A stretch of DNA of 55,249 nt from Candidatus Limnocylindrus sp. (GTDB taxonomy: Bacteria; Chloroflexota; Limnocylindria; Limnocylindrales; Limnocylindraceae), in NCBI GenBank assembly GCA_046081085.1, contig JBJTVF010000006.1, forward strand, positions 1 through 55,249. Reading direction: 5' to 3'. Of this stretch, positions 42,515 to 51,872 are shown piece after piece (the stretch's first letter is position 1; each line of letters begins with the position of its first letter). The notes under the pieces were generated by a model. It was given only the letters and a program-made list of their open reading frames with translations. It did not search any database and was not told the origin of the DNA. A program made the position numbers and the translations under genes.

Positions 42515-43579
42515 ATGAGAGCAGATTCGATCGACGTCTACACGGGAAATGCGAATCCAGAGCTCGCAAGCAAGATCGCACGCTACTTAGGGCGTGAGCT
42601 CGGCAAGGCCGAAGTATTCGCCTTCGCCAACGAGAACATCTTCGTCAAGATCCTTGACAACGCACGTGAGAAAGACGTCTTCATCGTGCAGCCAACATCG
42701 CGGCCTGTGAGCACCTCCATCATGGAGCTGCTGATCATGATCGACGCGTTCAAGCGTGCATCTGCAGGACGCATCACGGCGGTGATCCCCTACTACGGTT
42801 ACGGGCGATCTGATAAGAAGGATCAACCGCGCGTCCCAATCACTGCACGACTTGTTGCCGACATGTTGCAAGTGGCAGGCGCGAATCGAATCCTCACTCT
42901 CGATCTACATCAAGGTCAGCTCCAAGGATTCTTCAACGTCCCCGTTGATGAGCTTACCGCAGTGCACATGCTCTCCAACTACATCAGGCAGAAGGGGACC
43001 GAAAACCTTGCCGTCGTCACAGACCTTGGGTTCGCCAAGCGGGCCCGCACATTTGCGGAACTCCTTGATGCGCCGCTCGCAATTGTCGAGAAGCGCCGTG
43101 AAGGGAACGATGACCACGCAGAGGTGCTCAACGTGATCGGAGATGTCAAGGGAAAACGCGTGATCATCGTCGATGACGAAATTGACACTGCTGGGACTCT
43201 TACGGAAACGGTTCGCGCAATAGAGAAGGCGGGAGCAATAGAGGTGACCGCATGTGCAACACACGGCGTCTTCTCTGGCTCAGCCATTGAGCGAATCAAT
43301 GCCTCTTCCGTACGAGAGGTGATCATCACGGACTCAATCCCAATGCCTGTTGGAGTGAGTAGCCCAAAGATCAAGCGCCTCTCCTCCGCACCGCTCTTTG
43401 GCGAAGCGATCAAGCGCATCCACCTCGGTGAGTCCGTTGGTGCGCTCTTCGGCAAAGAGGCCTCGATGGCTGAAGAGATGGTCTTCTGGGACGGCGAGCA
43501 TGCCGGTCTCCCGTCAACAGCGAGCGGTCGTGGCCGCACGGGGATTGGAGTCGCGGGCGCAAAGCGACGCGCGAAGTAG
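42515..43579 (+). CDS. prs: ribose-phosphate pyrophosphokinase (with a C-terminal extension of about 40 aa)
   Basis: NPELA..IA, YYGYGRSDKK, and the PRPP loop IIVDDEIDTAGTL. Confidence 0.95.
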   Translation: MRADSIDVYTGNANPELASKIARYLGRELGKAEVFAFANENIFVKILDNAREKDVFIVQPTSRPVSTSIMELLIMIDAFKRASAGRITAVIPYYGYGRSDKKDQPRVPITARLVADMLQVAGANRILTLDLHQGQLQGFFNVPVDELTAVHMLSNYIRQKGTENLAVVTDLGFAKRARTFAELLDAPLAIVEKRREGNDDHAEVLNVIGDVKGKRVIIVDDEIDTAGTLTETVRAIEKAGAIEVTACATHGVFSGSAIERINASSVREVIITDSIPMPVGVSSPKIKRLSSAPLFGEAIKRIHLGESVGALFGKEASMAEEMVFWDGEHAGLPSTASGRGRTGIGVAGAKRRAK

Positions 43580-43581
43580 TC

Positions 43582-43815
43582 ATGACACTGAAGTTGCACC
43601 GACCCGATGTGCGTGGCGTGATCACCTCGCGCTCGCGGGAGAAGCGCGCAGATTGGCGCGCCACCCTTCGCAGCCCACGATGGAACGTCGCGCCGCTCAA
43701 GAATTCTGAAATGAATCCAACCAGCCGGCCAGCGAGCGTCATCTACTGGCTCGTCCTCGGCGCCATGACTTTTGGAATCCTGGTGCTGGGGTACGGCTCC
43801 GGCTTCTGGCGCTAA
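43582..43815 (+). CDS. hypothetical small protein with one C-terminal TM helix
   Basis: The ATG lies 2 nt after the prs stop. Basic N-terminal half, then VIYWLVLGAMTFGILVLGYG. No family recognised. Confidence 0.4.
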   Translation: MTLKLHRPDVRGVITSRSREKRADWRATLRSPRWNVAPLKNSEMNPTSRPASVIYWLVLGAMTFGILVLGYGSGFWR

Positions 43816-43824
43816 GACTCGCTC

Positions 43825-46545
43825 ATGGTGTTCGGCTTCCTCACGCGTCTTGTTGACTCCAACGACCGCGAGCTCAAGCGGCTCGCGCCAATCCTCCACG
43901 CCGTCAATGCGCGGGCCGAAGAGATGGAGGCGACGCGCGCCGAAGAGATTCGTGGCCGCATGGAGGCGATCGCTGCGGACCTACGAACGCAACCTGGCGA
44001 CGATCAGAGGCGACGACTTGAGGAGGCACTGCCGGAGATCCTGGCGTCTGCGCGCGAGGCGGCGAAACGCACGATCGGTCTACGTCCGTACGACGTGCAG
44101 ATCCTGGGAGCGATCGTCCTCCATCAGGGGAAGATCCCAGAGATGCGCACTGGCGAAGGGAAGACGCTCGTTGCTCCGCTCGCTGCCGCCGCCAACGCGC
44201 TCGCTGGTGACGGCGTCCATGTCATCACTGTCAACGACTACCTGGCGCGACGAGACGCGCAGTGGATGGGTCCCCTCTTCTCCTTTCTCGGCATCTCGCT
44301 CGGCGTCATCACCCACGACGCCTCGTACCTCTACGACGCTGAGTACAGCAGCGGTGAGGAGCGAACGGCGCGCCTACGCCCCGTCACACGGAGAGAGGCG
44401 TACGCCGCCGACGTCACCTACGGCACGAACAACGAGTTCGGCTTCGACTACCTGCGAGACAACATGGTCACCGAGCTCGAAGCGCGGGTGCAGCGCGGGC
44501 ACGCGTTTGCGATCGTGGACGAGGTCGACAACATTCTCATGGACGAGGCCCGGACGCCACTCATCATCAGTGGCCAGGCAGCCGAGTCGCAGGACCTCTA
44601 CCAAGTCTTCGCAAAGCTTGTCCCTCGCCTAAAGGAACGTCCGGCTGGCGCGCTTGAGGGTGGTGACTATTTTGTTGACGCCAAAGATAAGGCGGTTTCG
44701 CCAACGGAAGACGGCGTCGCAAAGATTGAAAAGGCCCTCGGTCTTGAGAACCTCTACAGCGGCGACCCGCTGATGGCGCGACACTTTGAGTCTGCACTTC
44801 GCGCCCACGCGCTCTTTAAGCGCGACCGTGACTACATCATCGAAAGCAGCGAGATAGTCATCGTGGACGAGTTCACCGGGCGCAAGATGCCAGGTCGGCG
44901 CTGGTCCGAAGGGCTTCACCAAGCGGTTGAGGCGAAAGAGGGTCTCCGCGTCCAACGTGAATCGGTCACAATGGCAACGATCACCTTCCAAAACTACTTC
45001 CGTCTCTACAAGAAACTTGCGGGTATGACGGGTACGGCCATGACGGAGGCAGAAGAGTTCAGCAAGATCTACAACCTTGAGGTGACATCGATCCCCACGC
45101 ATCAGCCGATGATCCGCGTCGATGAAGCCGACCTGGTCTATCGGACCGTCCGCGCAAAAGATGCGGCGATCGTTGCGCACATCAAGGAGCGCAGCGACGC
45201 TGGTCAACCGGTACTTGTAGGCACCACCTCTGTTGAGCGTTCGGAGCATCTCTCCGCGATGTTGAAGCGTGAGGGTGTCGCACACAACGTCTTGAATGCG
45301 AAGCAGCATGAGCGTGAAGCGCCGGTGGTTGCGCAGGCGGGACGACCAGGAACCGTGACGATCGCCACCAACATGGCGGGACGAGGAACGGACATCAAGC
45401 TCGGCGGAGACCCAGTCGGCCTCGCCTCAGAAGCGCTCCGCGTCAAAGGGTTGAATCCCGCTGAAGTTGATCGAGATACGTACGGGGCGGCACTTGCCGA
45501 CGCGGAGCGCACATGCGCCTCGGAACGCGAGGTTGTGCTTGCTGCGGGTGGCTTGCGCATCGTCGGCACCGAACGGCACGAGTCTCGCCGCATTGACAAC
45601 CAGCTACGTGGTCGCGCAGGACGACAGGGCGATCCCGGCTCTTCACGCTTCTACCTCTCCCTTGAGGACGATCTGATGAAGCGCTTTGCCGGGGAACGTG
45701 TCGTTGGCCTGATGGATCGCCTCGGCTTTGACGAAAGCCAGGCCCTCGAGTCCGCAATGGTTAGCCGCACGATCGAAGGGGCACAGACGCGTGTGGAAGG
45801 TTACAACTTTGATATCCGCAAACGGGTGGTGGAGTTTGACGATGTGATCAATAAGCAACGTGCCACGGTTTATGGTGAACGTGATCGCGTGCTGCGAGGC
45901 GAAAACCTCACACTCACAATTCAAGATGCGCTGCACGGTGAAGTTCGCGCACTAGCCGTCACCCACTGTCCACCTGGGCGAACCGGTGAGTGGAATCGAG
46001 TCGCGCTCACCACGGAGCTCAAGCGGCTCGGCATTGATCCGCCCGCGTCACTAGACACCATTGTTGAAGACTCACTCTTGTATGAAGCGGTAGATGCTGC
46101 AGCAGACGCCGCGCTTGAAAAGAAGGCGGCGGAGGTTGGCGAAGAGCTCTGGCCACGTGTGGAGCGCGCCGTGATCTTGCGCAGCATCGATCAGCTCTGG
46201 GTAGAACACCTCACTGAGGTCGACGATCTACGACGCGGGATTGGTCTGCGCGGCCATGCACAGATTGACCCGCTCAACGCCTTCAAGGTTGAGGCGTTCA
46301 AATTGTATGAAGAGTTTCAGTCACTCATTCGGGTAAGCATTGGCCGTGCCATCTTGCGTGTCAGCCTCGTACAAGAGCAGCGCGCTCCCGCGCCGGCCGC
46401 GATGAAGACCGTTGGTGGCAGCTCCGAAATGGCGAGCGGCGCTCGTCCCACAACCGCCTCGGCGCCATCGGCTATGAAGGCGGGTCGAAACGACGCCTGT
46501 CCATGTGGCTCAGGGAAGAAGTTCAAGAAGTGCCACGGGGCATAG
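43825..46545 (+). CDS. secA: preprotein translocase ATPase SecA
   Basis: MRTGEGKTLVA, DEVDNILMDEARTPLIIS, and the C-terminal zinc motif CPCGSGKKFKKCHG. Confidence 0.95.
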   Translation: MVFGFLTRLVDSNDRELKRLAPILHAVNARAEEMEATRAEEIRGRMEAIAADLRTQPGDDQRRRLEEALPEILASAREAAKRTIGLRPYDVQILGAIVLHQGKIPEMRTGEGKTLVAPLAAAANALAGDGVHVITVNDYLARRDAQWMGPLFSFLGISLGVITHDASYLYDAEYSSGEERTARLRPVTRREAYAADVTYGTNNEFGFDYLRDNMVTELEARVQRGHAFAIVDEVDNILMDEARTPLIISGQAAESQDLYQVFAKLVPRLKERPAGALEGGDYFVDAKDKAVSPTEDGVAKIEKALGLENLYSGDPLMARHFESALRAHALFKRDRDYIIESSEIVIVDEFTGRKMPGRRWSEGLHQAVEAKEGLRVQRESVTMATITFQNYFRLYKKLAGMTGTAMTEAEEFSKIYNLEVTSIPTHQPMIRVDEADLVYRTVRAKDAAIVAHIKERSDAGQPVLVGTTSVERSEHLSAMLKREGVAHNVLNAKQHEREAPVVAQAGRPGTVTIATNMAGRGTDIKLGGDPVGLASEALRVKGLNPAEVDRDTYGAALADAERTCASEREVVLAAGGLRIVGTERHESRRIDNQLRGRAGRQGDPGSSRFYLSLEDDLMKRFAGERVVGLMDRLGFDESQALESAMVSRTIEGAQTRVEGYNFDIRKRVVEFDDVINKQRATVYGERDRVLRGENLTLTIQDALHGEVRALAVTHCPPGRTGEWNRVALTTELKRLGIDPPASLDTIVEDSLLYEAVDAAADAALEKKAAEVGEELWPRVERAVILRSIDQLWVEHLTEVDDLRRGIGLRGHAQIDPLNAFKVEAFKLYEEFQSLIRVSIGRAILRVSLVQEQRAPAPAAMKTVGGSSEMASGARPTTASAPSAMKAGRNDACPCGSGKKFKKCHGA

Positions 46546-46618
46546 CCCCTGCTACGATCGCGAACGTGAAGCAGCAATACCCCGTCGTCGCCGTCGAGCG
46601 ACCGAGTGAGCGCCTCCG

Positions 46619-47750
46619 GTGAGCGTCGACGCTGCCGGCCTGCGCGACCTGCTCGGACGCATCGAGGCAACGTCGGGGCGACTTTGACCTTGCCGTAAAG
46701 GGGGCGCGTCTCACCGAGATCGAGACGCAGATGCTCGCCACAGGCTTCTGGGACGACCAGCGAAGCGCACGTCGCCTTGCCCGCGAAGCCGAAGGACTCC
46801 GCGAGGAGATCACACGCTGGCAGCAGCTCACCACCGCCGCGCGCGATCTCGGCGAACTCTTCGAACTGGCGACTTCCGAAGGCGATGAGGCGCTCCTCGT
46901 CGAGGTCTCCGAGAAGAGCGCCCAGGTAGAGCACAACTTTCAACAGGCACGCACCTCGCTCCTCTTCGGCGGTGAATACGCGGATGCCGATGCCATCGTG
47001 ACGATTCAGGCCGGTGCAGGCGGAACCGAGGCGTGCGATTGGACTGCAATGCTCCTTCGCGCATACATGCGATGGGCAGAACGCCACGGATTTGCACACG
47101 AGATTGTCGATTTCACCGAGGGTGAGGGTGCGGGCTACCGCAGCGTTGCCTTGGAGATCCGCGGCCGCAATGTGTTCGGATGGTTGCGCGCGGAGCGTGG
47201 CGTGCATCGGATGGTGCGCATCTCTCCGTTTGATGGGCAGAAGAGGCGGCAGACCACCTTCGCAATGTTCGAGGTCGTCCCAGAGGTCGAAGATGATCAA
47301 GACGTTGTGTTGAATTGGGATGAGATTCGCGTCGACACCTTCCGCTCAAGCGGCGCGGGTGGGCAGCATGTCAACAAGACCGAATCGGCCGTTCGACTCA
47401 CGCACCTTCCAACCAACATCGTCGTCTCGAGTCAGAATCAGCGCTCGCAGATGCAGAACCGTGAGACCGCGGAGAAGATGTTGCGGGGCAAGTTGATTGA
47501 ACTGAAGATTCGTGCGCGCGAAGATGAGCTGGCGCGTGTGCGCGGCGAGACGATTGTTGCTGGCTGGGGGAGCCAGATTCGCAGCTATGTCTTCCACCCA
47601 TACCAGATGGTGAAAGATCACCGCAGTGGTCATCAAACTGCAGATACCAGCGGTGTTATGGATGGCGACTTCGATCCGTTCATCTTGGCGGAACTTGAGA
47701 GGCTGGCGATCGGAGCACCTGCGGCAGCAGCGGAGCCAGACGATGAGTAG
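46619..47750 (+). CDS. prfB: peptide chain release factor 2, needs a programmed +1 frameshift: join(46619..46684,46686..47750)
   Basis: Frame 0 runs from GTG 46619 (MSVDAAGLRDLLGRIEATSGRL) to CTT TGA C at 46682..46688. The +1 frame continues DLAVKGARLTEIE...FWDDQ, with the SPF motif (ISPFD) and GGQ (SSGAGGQHVNKT). Confidence 0.9.
46673..46688 (+). promoter_or_regulatory. RF2 autoregulatory +1 frameshift site (SD-like TCGGGG, spacer, CTT TGA C)
   Basis: The sequence tcggggcgaCTTTGAC matches the classical prfB recoding signal. Confidence 0.85.
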
Positions 47751-48489
47751 CCTAGGGCGCATGAACCTTGGCGGATCTGCGGAACCTCTCTCCGATGGTC
47801 CGGTTGTTGCCCTGCGAGACGTTCATGTTCAGTACCCGAGTGGACACACCGCGCTTGCGGGTGTCAGCCTCACCATCAATCGTGGTGAGTTTGTCTTCCT
47901 TGTGGGGCCTTCTGGTGCAGGAAAGTCCTCGCTGATCGGCCTCCTTGTTCGTGATGTGGTCCCTCGCTCTGGCGAGGTGCACGTTGCGGGGTATGCGGTA
48001 CACGACCTTCAGCCGAGCGAAGTCCCCTACGTACGCCGACGCGTTGGCGTGGTCTTCCAAGACTTCCGACTCCTGCAGCGGCGCACAGTTCGCGAGAACA
48101 CGGCCTTTGCGCTTGAGGTCACCGGCGCGCCACGCGAAGAGGTTGATGCAGCCGTTGAGCGCGCCCTGCGCATTGTGGGGCTCACTGCGCTCGCCGAGCG
48201 ATACCCTGACGCGCTCTCGGGCGGCGAACAGCAGCGTGCTGCGATCGCGCGAGCAATCGTCGGGAACCCGGAGCTGCTGATCGCAGACGAACCTACGGGC
48301 AACCTTGATCCGCTCATCAGCTGGGAGATCATGGAGTTGCTCGGGCAGATCAATCAGCTTGGCGTCACCGTCCTTGTGGCAACCCACGATTCCGACGTAG
48401 TCACCACCCTTCGTAAACGTGTGATCGGACTTGAGGGCGGACGGCTCATCCGTGACGAAGTTCGTGGGACATACCATCGTGCAGGGTGA
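47743..48489 (+). CDS. ftsE: cell-division ABC ATPase FtsE
   Basis: ORF 47626..48489 trimmed to ATG 47743, which overlaps the end of prfB by 8 nt. Walker A GPSGAGKSS, signature LSGGEQQR, Walker B LLIADEPTGNLD. Confidence 0.9.
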   Translation: MSSLGRMNLGGSAEPLSDGPVVALRDVHVQYPSGHTALAGVSLTINRGEFVFLVGPSGAGKSSLIGLLVRDVVPRSGEVHVAGYAVHDLQPSEVPYVRRRVGVVFQDFRLLQRRTVRENTAFALEVTGAPREEVDAAVERALRIVGLTALAERYPDALSGGEQQRAAIARAIVGNPELLIADEPTGNLDPLISWEIMELLGQINQLGVTVLVATHDSDVVTTLRKRVIGLEGGRLIRDEVRGTYHRAG

Positions 48490-48515
48490 GCAGGTGAACG
48501 GTAAGGGGGTCGTTC

Positions 48516-49427
48516 GTGAGTAGGGCACAGAACGGTCGACTGCTCCGACTGAGCGTCTCCGCTGCGGTGAATGGCCTCTCGCGCAACAGGCTCGCCACAG
48601 TCGCCGCGACGATGACCATGACACTGATGTTGCTCGTCCTCGCCTCCGTCCTTGTGATTCGCGCGGGGCTTGATGCGGCGCTCAGCTATGCGGACTCCAA
48701 GGTGGAGGTGGTCGCCTATCTGAAGGTCGGTGCGTCCGAAGAACGGGCGAGCTCGCTCCGTACCGAGATCCTGAAGATCAAAGGAGTGAGAGAGGCCACG
48801 TACATCACCGCTGACGAAGCGCTCGCCGCATTCCGTGAGCGACTGAAGGAACGCGGTGAACCAGACCTCACCGGTGAACTTGACGAGAACCCACTCCCCG
48901 CAAGCTTTGAGATTGCGCTGGATAGCCCGAGTGAGACGGCAGCGGTCGCAGACGCGCTCAGTCGACTCCCTTCCGCCGCACTCTTCTCGCGCATTGTCGA
49001 TGGTCGCGCAGTTGCTGAAAGCCTTGCCAGCATCACTTCGGCGCTTCGTATCGCCGGCCTCATTGTCTTGATCGGATTTTCGTTCGCCGTCCTCGCCGTT
49101 GTCGTAAACGCGATTCGGCTGGCGATCCTTGCGCGAAGTGATGAGATTGCAATCATGCGCCTCGTTGGCGCAACGTCAACGTGGGTGCGGCTGCCGTTTA
49201 TCATTGAGGGGTTGATTATCGGTGGCGCGGGCGCGCTGATCACCCTCTTCATCTTCGGAATCCTTGGTGCTGGGATCAGCACCGTCATGCTCAACCTCTT
49301 CCGTGTCCTCCCTATTGAAACGTCAGGAATCTTGCTCGGCGAGGTTGCGATCACCGTGTTGATCGCTGGCATTGGGCTCGGCGCTCTCGGTGCAGTACTC
49401 TCACTTCGTGGTCGTTTGAGTTCGTAG
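48516..49427 (+). CDS. ftsX: cell-division permease-like protein FtsX
   Basis: N-terminal TM, extracellular domain, three C-terminal TMs. Motif AILARSDEIAIMRLVGAT. Confidence 0.9.
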   Translation: MSRAQNGRLLRLSVSAAVNGLSRNRLATVAATMTMTLMLLVLASVLVIRAGLDAALSYADSKVEVVAYLKVGASEERASSLRTEILKIKGVREATYITADEALAAFRERLKERGEPDLTGELDENPLPASFEIALDSPSETAAVADALSRLPSAALFSRIVDGRAVAESLASITSALRIAGLIVLIGFSFAVLAVVVNAIRLAILARSDEIAIMRLVGATSTWVRLPFIIEGLIIGGAGALITLFIFGILGAGISTVMLNLFRVLPIETSGILLGEVAITVLIAGIGLGALGAVLSLRGRLSS

Positions 49428-49460
49428 CCCGAAACAGAGAGATCGCGGCAAGGAGGACCT

Positions 49461-50702
49461 GTGCAGCAACGTTTTGGTCTGAGCGGTAACGGGCGTCCTC
49501 CATTCGTGACGCGGGCAGGGGCACTCCTTCTTGCCCTGCTTCTCGCTGTCGGCGCATACAACCTTGGCTACAACAGCGGCAGTAGCGCAGCTGGCGTCTC
49601 TGGCGCGTCTGGGGCAATTGATCTCTCCCGATTCAACGAGGTGCTTGATCTCGTAGAAACACGGCACGTTGGCGACAAGACCGAAGACTCCCTCGTTGAC
49701 GGCGCCATCAAAGGGCTCGTTGAATCGCTTAATGATCCGTACTCGCAATACCTCACTGGCGAAGAGATGGATGCGCTCGTTGAAGGGCTCTCTGGGAGCT
49801 TTGAGGGGATCGGTGCAGTGATTGAGAGTCGCAGTCCTGCTGGTGAGGCGTGCACCACGCTTGGGCCAGACTGCTATCTCCTTGTGGTCTCGCCGATTGA
49901 CGGATCGCCTGCCAAGGCTGCAGGCGTGCAGAGCGGCGACCGCATCACGCTCGTCGACGGCCTCACCGTGGATGGAGAGACCTTGGATGAAGCGGTGCTT
50001 CGCGTTCGCGGCGCGAAAGGGACAAGCGTGGTAATCACGATCGTCCGCGGTGATGCGGCCCCGCTGAATCTGACCATCATCCGCGATGTGATCATCGTCC
50101 CAGCCGTTGAGCCGGAGAGGCTTAAGACGTCAGGTGGATCTCCCGTTGGATATCTGCGCCTCGCAGAATTCAGTGAGGTTGCTGGAGATCAGTTTGATCA
50201 GGCGCTGCAAGAGGTGGTAGATGCTGGTATCACGCGCATCATCCTTGATCTTCGCGACAACCCCGGCGGCTACCTCTCTACGGCACTTCAGATCGCGAGC
50301 GAATTCATCGCTGATGGCGTGGTCTACATGGAAGAGACGAGTGATGGGAAGCGAACTGAGACCTCCGCGAACGGTGGCGGCATCGCAACGGATCCAACGA
50401 TCAAGGTTGTCGTGTTGATCAATAAGGGGAGTGCCTCCGCGAGCGAGATCCTCGCCGGTGCGTTGCGTGATCGCGGTCGGGCAGTTCTCGTTGGCGAGAC
50501 GACCTTCGGGAAGGGTGTTGTGCAAACATTCATTGACCTAAGGGATGGTTCCGGCTTGAAGCTCACGATCGCGAAGTGGCTCACGCCAAACGGGTCATGG
50601 GTGAACAACGTCGGACTCTCCCCTGACTACCCGGTGCCGACTCCGACCACCCCAGGTCAAGACGATCCTGCCCTCCAGAAGGCCCTGGACCTCCTTAACT
50701 AG
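49461..50702 (+). CDS. ctpA: S41 family carboxy-terminal processing peptidase
   Basis: GTG start after AAGGAGG. PDZ segment, LDLRDNPGG, and the catalytic GSASASEI...TFGKG. Confidence 0.85.
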   Translation: MQQRFGLSGNGRPPFVTRAGALLLALLLAVGAYNLGYNSGSSAAGVSGASGAIDLSRFNEVLDLVETRHVGDKTEDSLVDGAIKGLVESLNDPYSQYLTGEEMDALVEGLSGSFEGIGAVIESRSPAGEACTTLGPDCYLLVVSPIDGSPAKAAGVQSGDRITLVDGLTVDGETLDEAVLRVRGAKGTSVVITIVRGDAAPLNLTIIRDVIIVPAVEPERLKTSGGSPVGYLRLAEFSEVAGDQFDQALQEVVDAGITRIILDLRDNPGGYLSTALQIASEFIADGVVYMEETSDGKRTETSANGGGIATDPTIKVVVLINKGSASASEILAGALRDRGRAVLVGETTFGKGVVQTFIDLRDGSGLKLTIAKWLTPNGSWVNNVGLSPDYPVPTPTTPGQDDPALQKALDLLN

Positions 50703-50865
50703 CAGGGGCTACAAGCGAATACGCGCGCCTCTTGCGCCTAACCTCGCTGGGTCGTATCGTCTACAGCAGACGGAAGGAGGTGGTGTGCAGTGTCAATAGA
50801 CAGTTGTACGACCGCCTCTCGTGAGGTCGGCGAATAACCGATCCCGAGAGCGGTAACGTTCTGAG

Positions 50866-50900
50866 AGGGCGCTGGCCGCAAGGTCGGCGCCCTTTCTATT
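50866..50900 (+). terminator. candidate intrinsic terminator hairpin (AGGGCGC...GCGCCCT plus TTTCTATT)
   Basis: A 7-bp GC stem (50866..50872 pairing with 50887..50893) is extended by inner wobble pairs around a GCAA loop. It is followed by a T-rich tract. It lies 165 nt downstream of the ctpA stop. Confidence 0.45.
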
Positions 50901-50946
50901 CACAGCAGCCTGCCGGCTCGCCCCGCCCACCCAGATAGGAGGTCTC

Positions 50947-51435
50947 ATGGCTACGAAGAAGTCGCTCGTCAGCGCTGACGGTACGACGCTGTCTTCGAAC
51001 CGGAAGGCCACCCACGAATACGAGATCCTCGATCGATTCGAGGCGGGAGTCGTGCTGACAGGGACGGAGATCAAGTCCATTCGCGCGGGGAAGGCAGACA
51101 TCGGTGATGCCTACATTCGGCTTGACCAAGGCGAGGCACGCATGATCGGCATGCACATTGCCGAGTGGCCGGGTGCTGCCAGCCAGCAGCACGAGCCGAA
51201 GCGGACGCGACGACTCCTCCTCCACAAGGAAGAGATCGTCTCGATCGGCACCAAAGTGAAGGTGAAGGGGCTCACACTGATTCCACTTCGGCTCTATCTG
51301 AGCCGCGGTCGCTGCAAGGTGGAGATCGGTCTCGGGCGGGGGAAGAAGGAGTACGACAAGCGCAAGTCGATCACCGATCGTGAAGGGCGGCGTGAGGCGG
51401 AGCGCGAGCTCTCCGACTGGAAGCGCGGGGGCTAG
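50947..51435 (+). CDS. smpB: SsrA-binding protein
   Basis: NRKATHEYEIL..FEAGVVLTGTEIKSIR... The ATG follows AGGAGG. Confidence 0.95.
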   Translation: MATKKSLVSADGTTLSSNRKATHEYEILDRFEAGVVLTGTEIKSIRAGKADIGDAYIRLDQGEARMIGMHIAEWPGAASQQHEPKRTRRLLLHKEEIVSIGTKVKVKGLTLIPLRLYLSRGRCKVEIGLGRGKKEYDKRKSITDREGRREAERELSDWKRGG

Positions 51436-51469
51436 CCGCCGCACGCTCCAGCGTGTAGGATTCCCCCTC

Positions 51470-51845
51470 GGGGATGCGTGGTTTCGACGGGAAACCGCAC
51501 CTTGAGAACGCGAGTCGAGGATGCTATCAGGCCTCGTTAATCAGGTAGCAAAAAGAAGTAACTGGCAATCGCCAGCCTGCTCTCGCCCTCGCTGCCTAAG
51601 GCAGTACGGTGAGCGTGGAAGCGGCCCCCGCTTCGCGGGTCGTGGAAGCGTCATTCAGCGAAGCTGCAACGGTGGCGAGTGACGCATAACCACTGGGTAA
51701 GCCCAATCTAGGGAGATGTGACTCGGTTGAGGGTCGATCCGGCCTGTGGGAGCGCCTCAACTTAGAACAAACCGCAGGACACACTCGTAGTGCTCTCTTG
51801 GCAGGCTTTTCGGACGAGGAGTTCGACTCTCCTCCATCTCCACCA
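51470..51845 (+). ncRNA. ssrA: transfer-messenger RNA (tmRNA)
   Basis: The 5' GGGGAUG pairs with the 3' CAUCUCC followed by ACCA. T-arm GGAGUUCGACUCUCC. Internal tag frame at 51564..51599 is ggc aat cgc cag cct gct ctc gcc ctc gct gcc taa, giving (G)NRQPALALAA-stop. The resume codon is uncertain. Located directly after smpB. Confidence 0.9.
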
Positions 51846-51872
51846 ACTCGTGCACCTCGCGCGGATCGCGCG

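Noticed and set aside
50765-50790. Resemblance of CAGACGGAAGGAGGTGG to the SRP-RNA domain IV core (…GGUCCGGAAGGAAGCAGC…).
   Set aside because: Only the GGAAGGA core matches. The flanking symmetric-loop nucleotides and the closing helix expected for 4.5S RNA are not present.
50783-50824. A 13-codon ORF (GTG TGC AGT GTC AAT AGA CAG TTG TAC GAC CGC CTC TCG TGA) just after a perfect GGAAGGAGG.
   Set aside because: The SD-to-start spacing is only about 2 nt, the SD is buried in a predicted hairpin, and the peptide has no features. An RNA-level explanation is more plausible.
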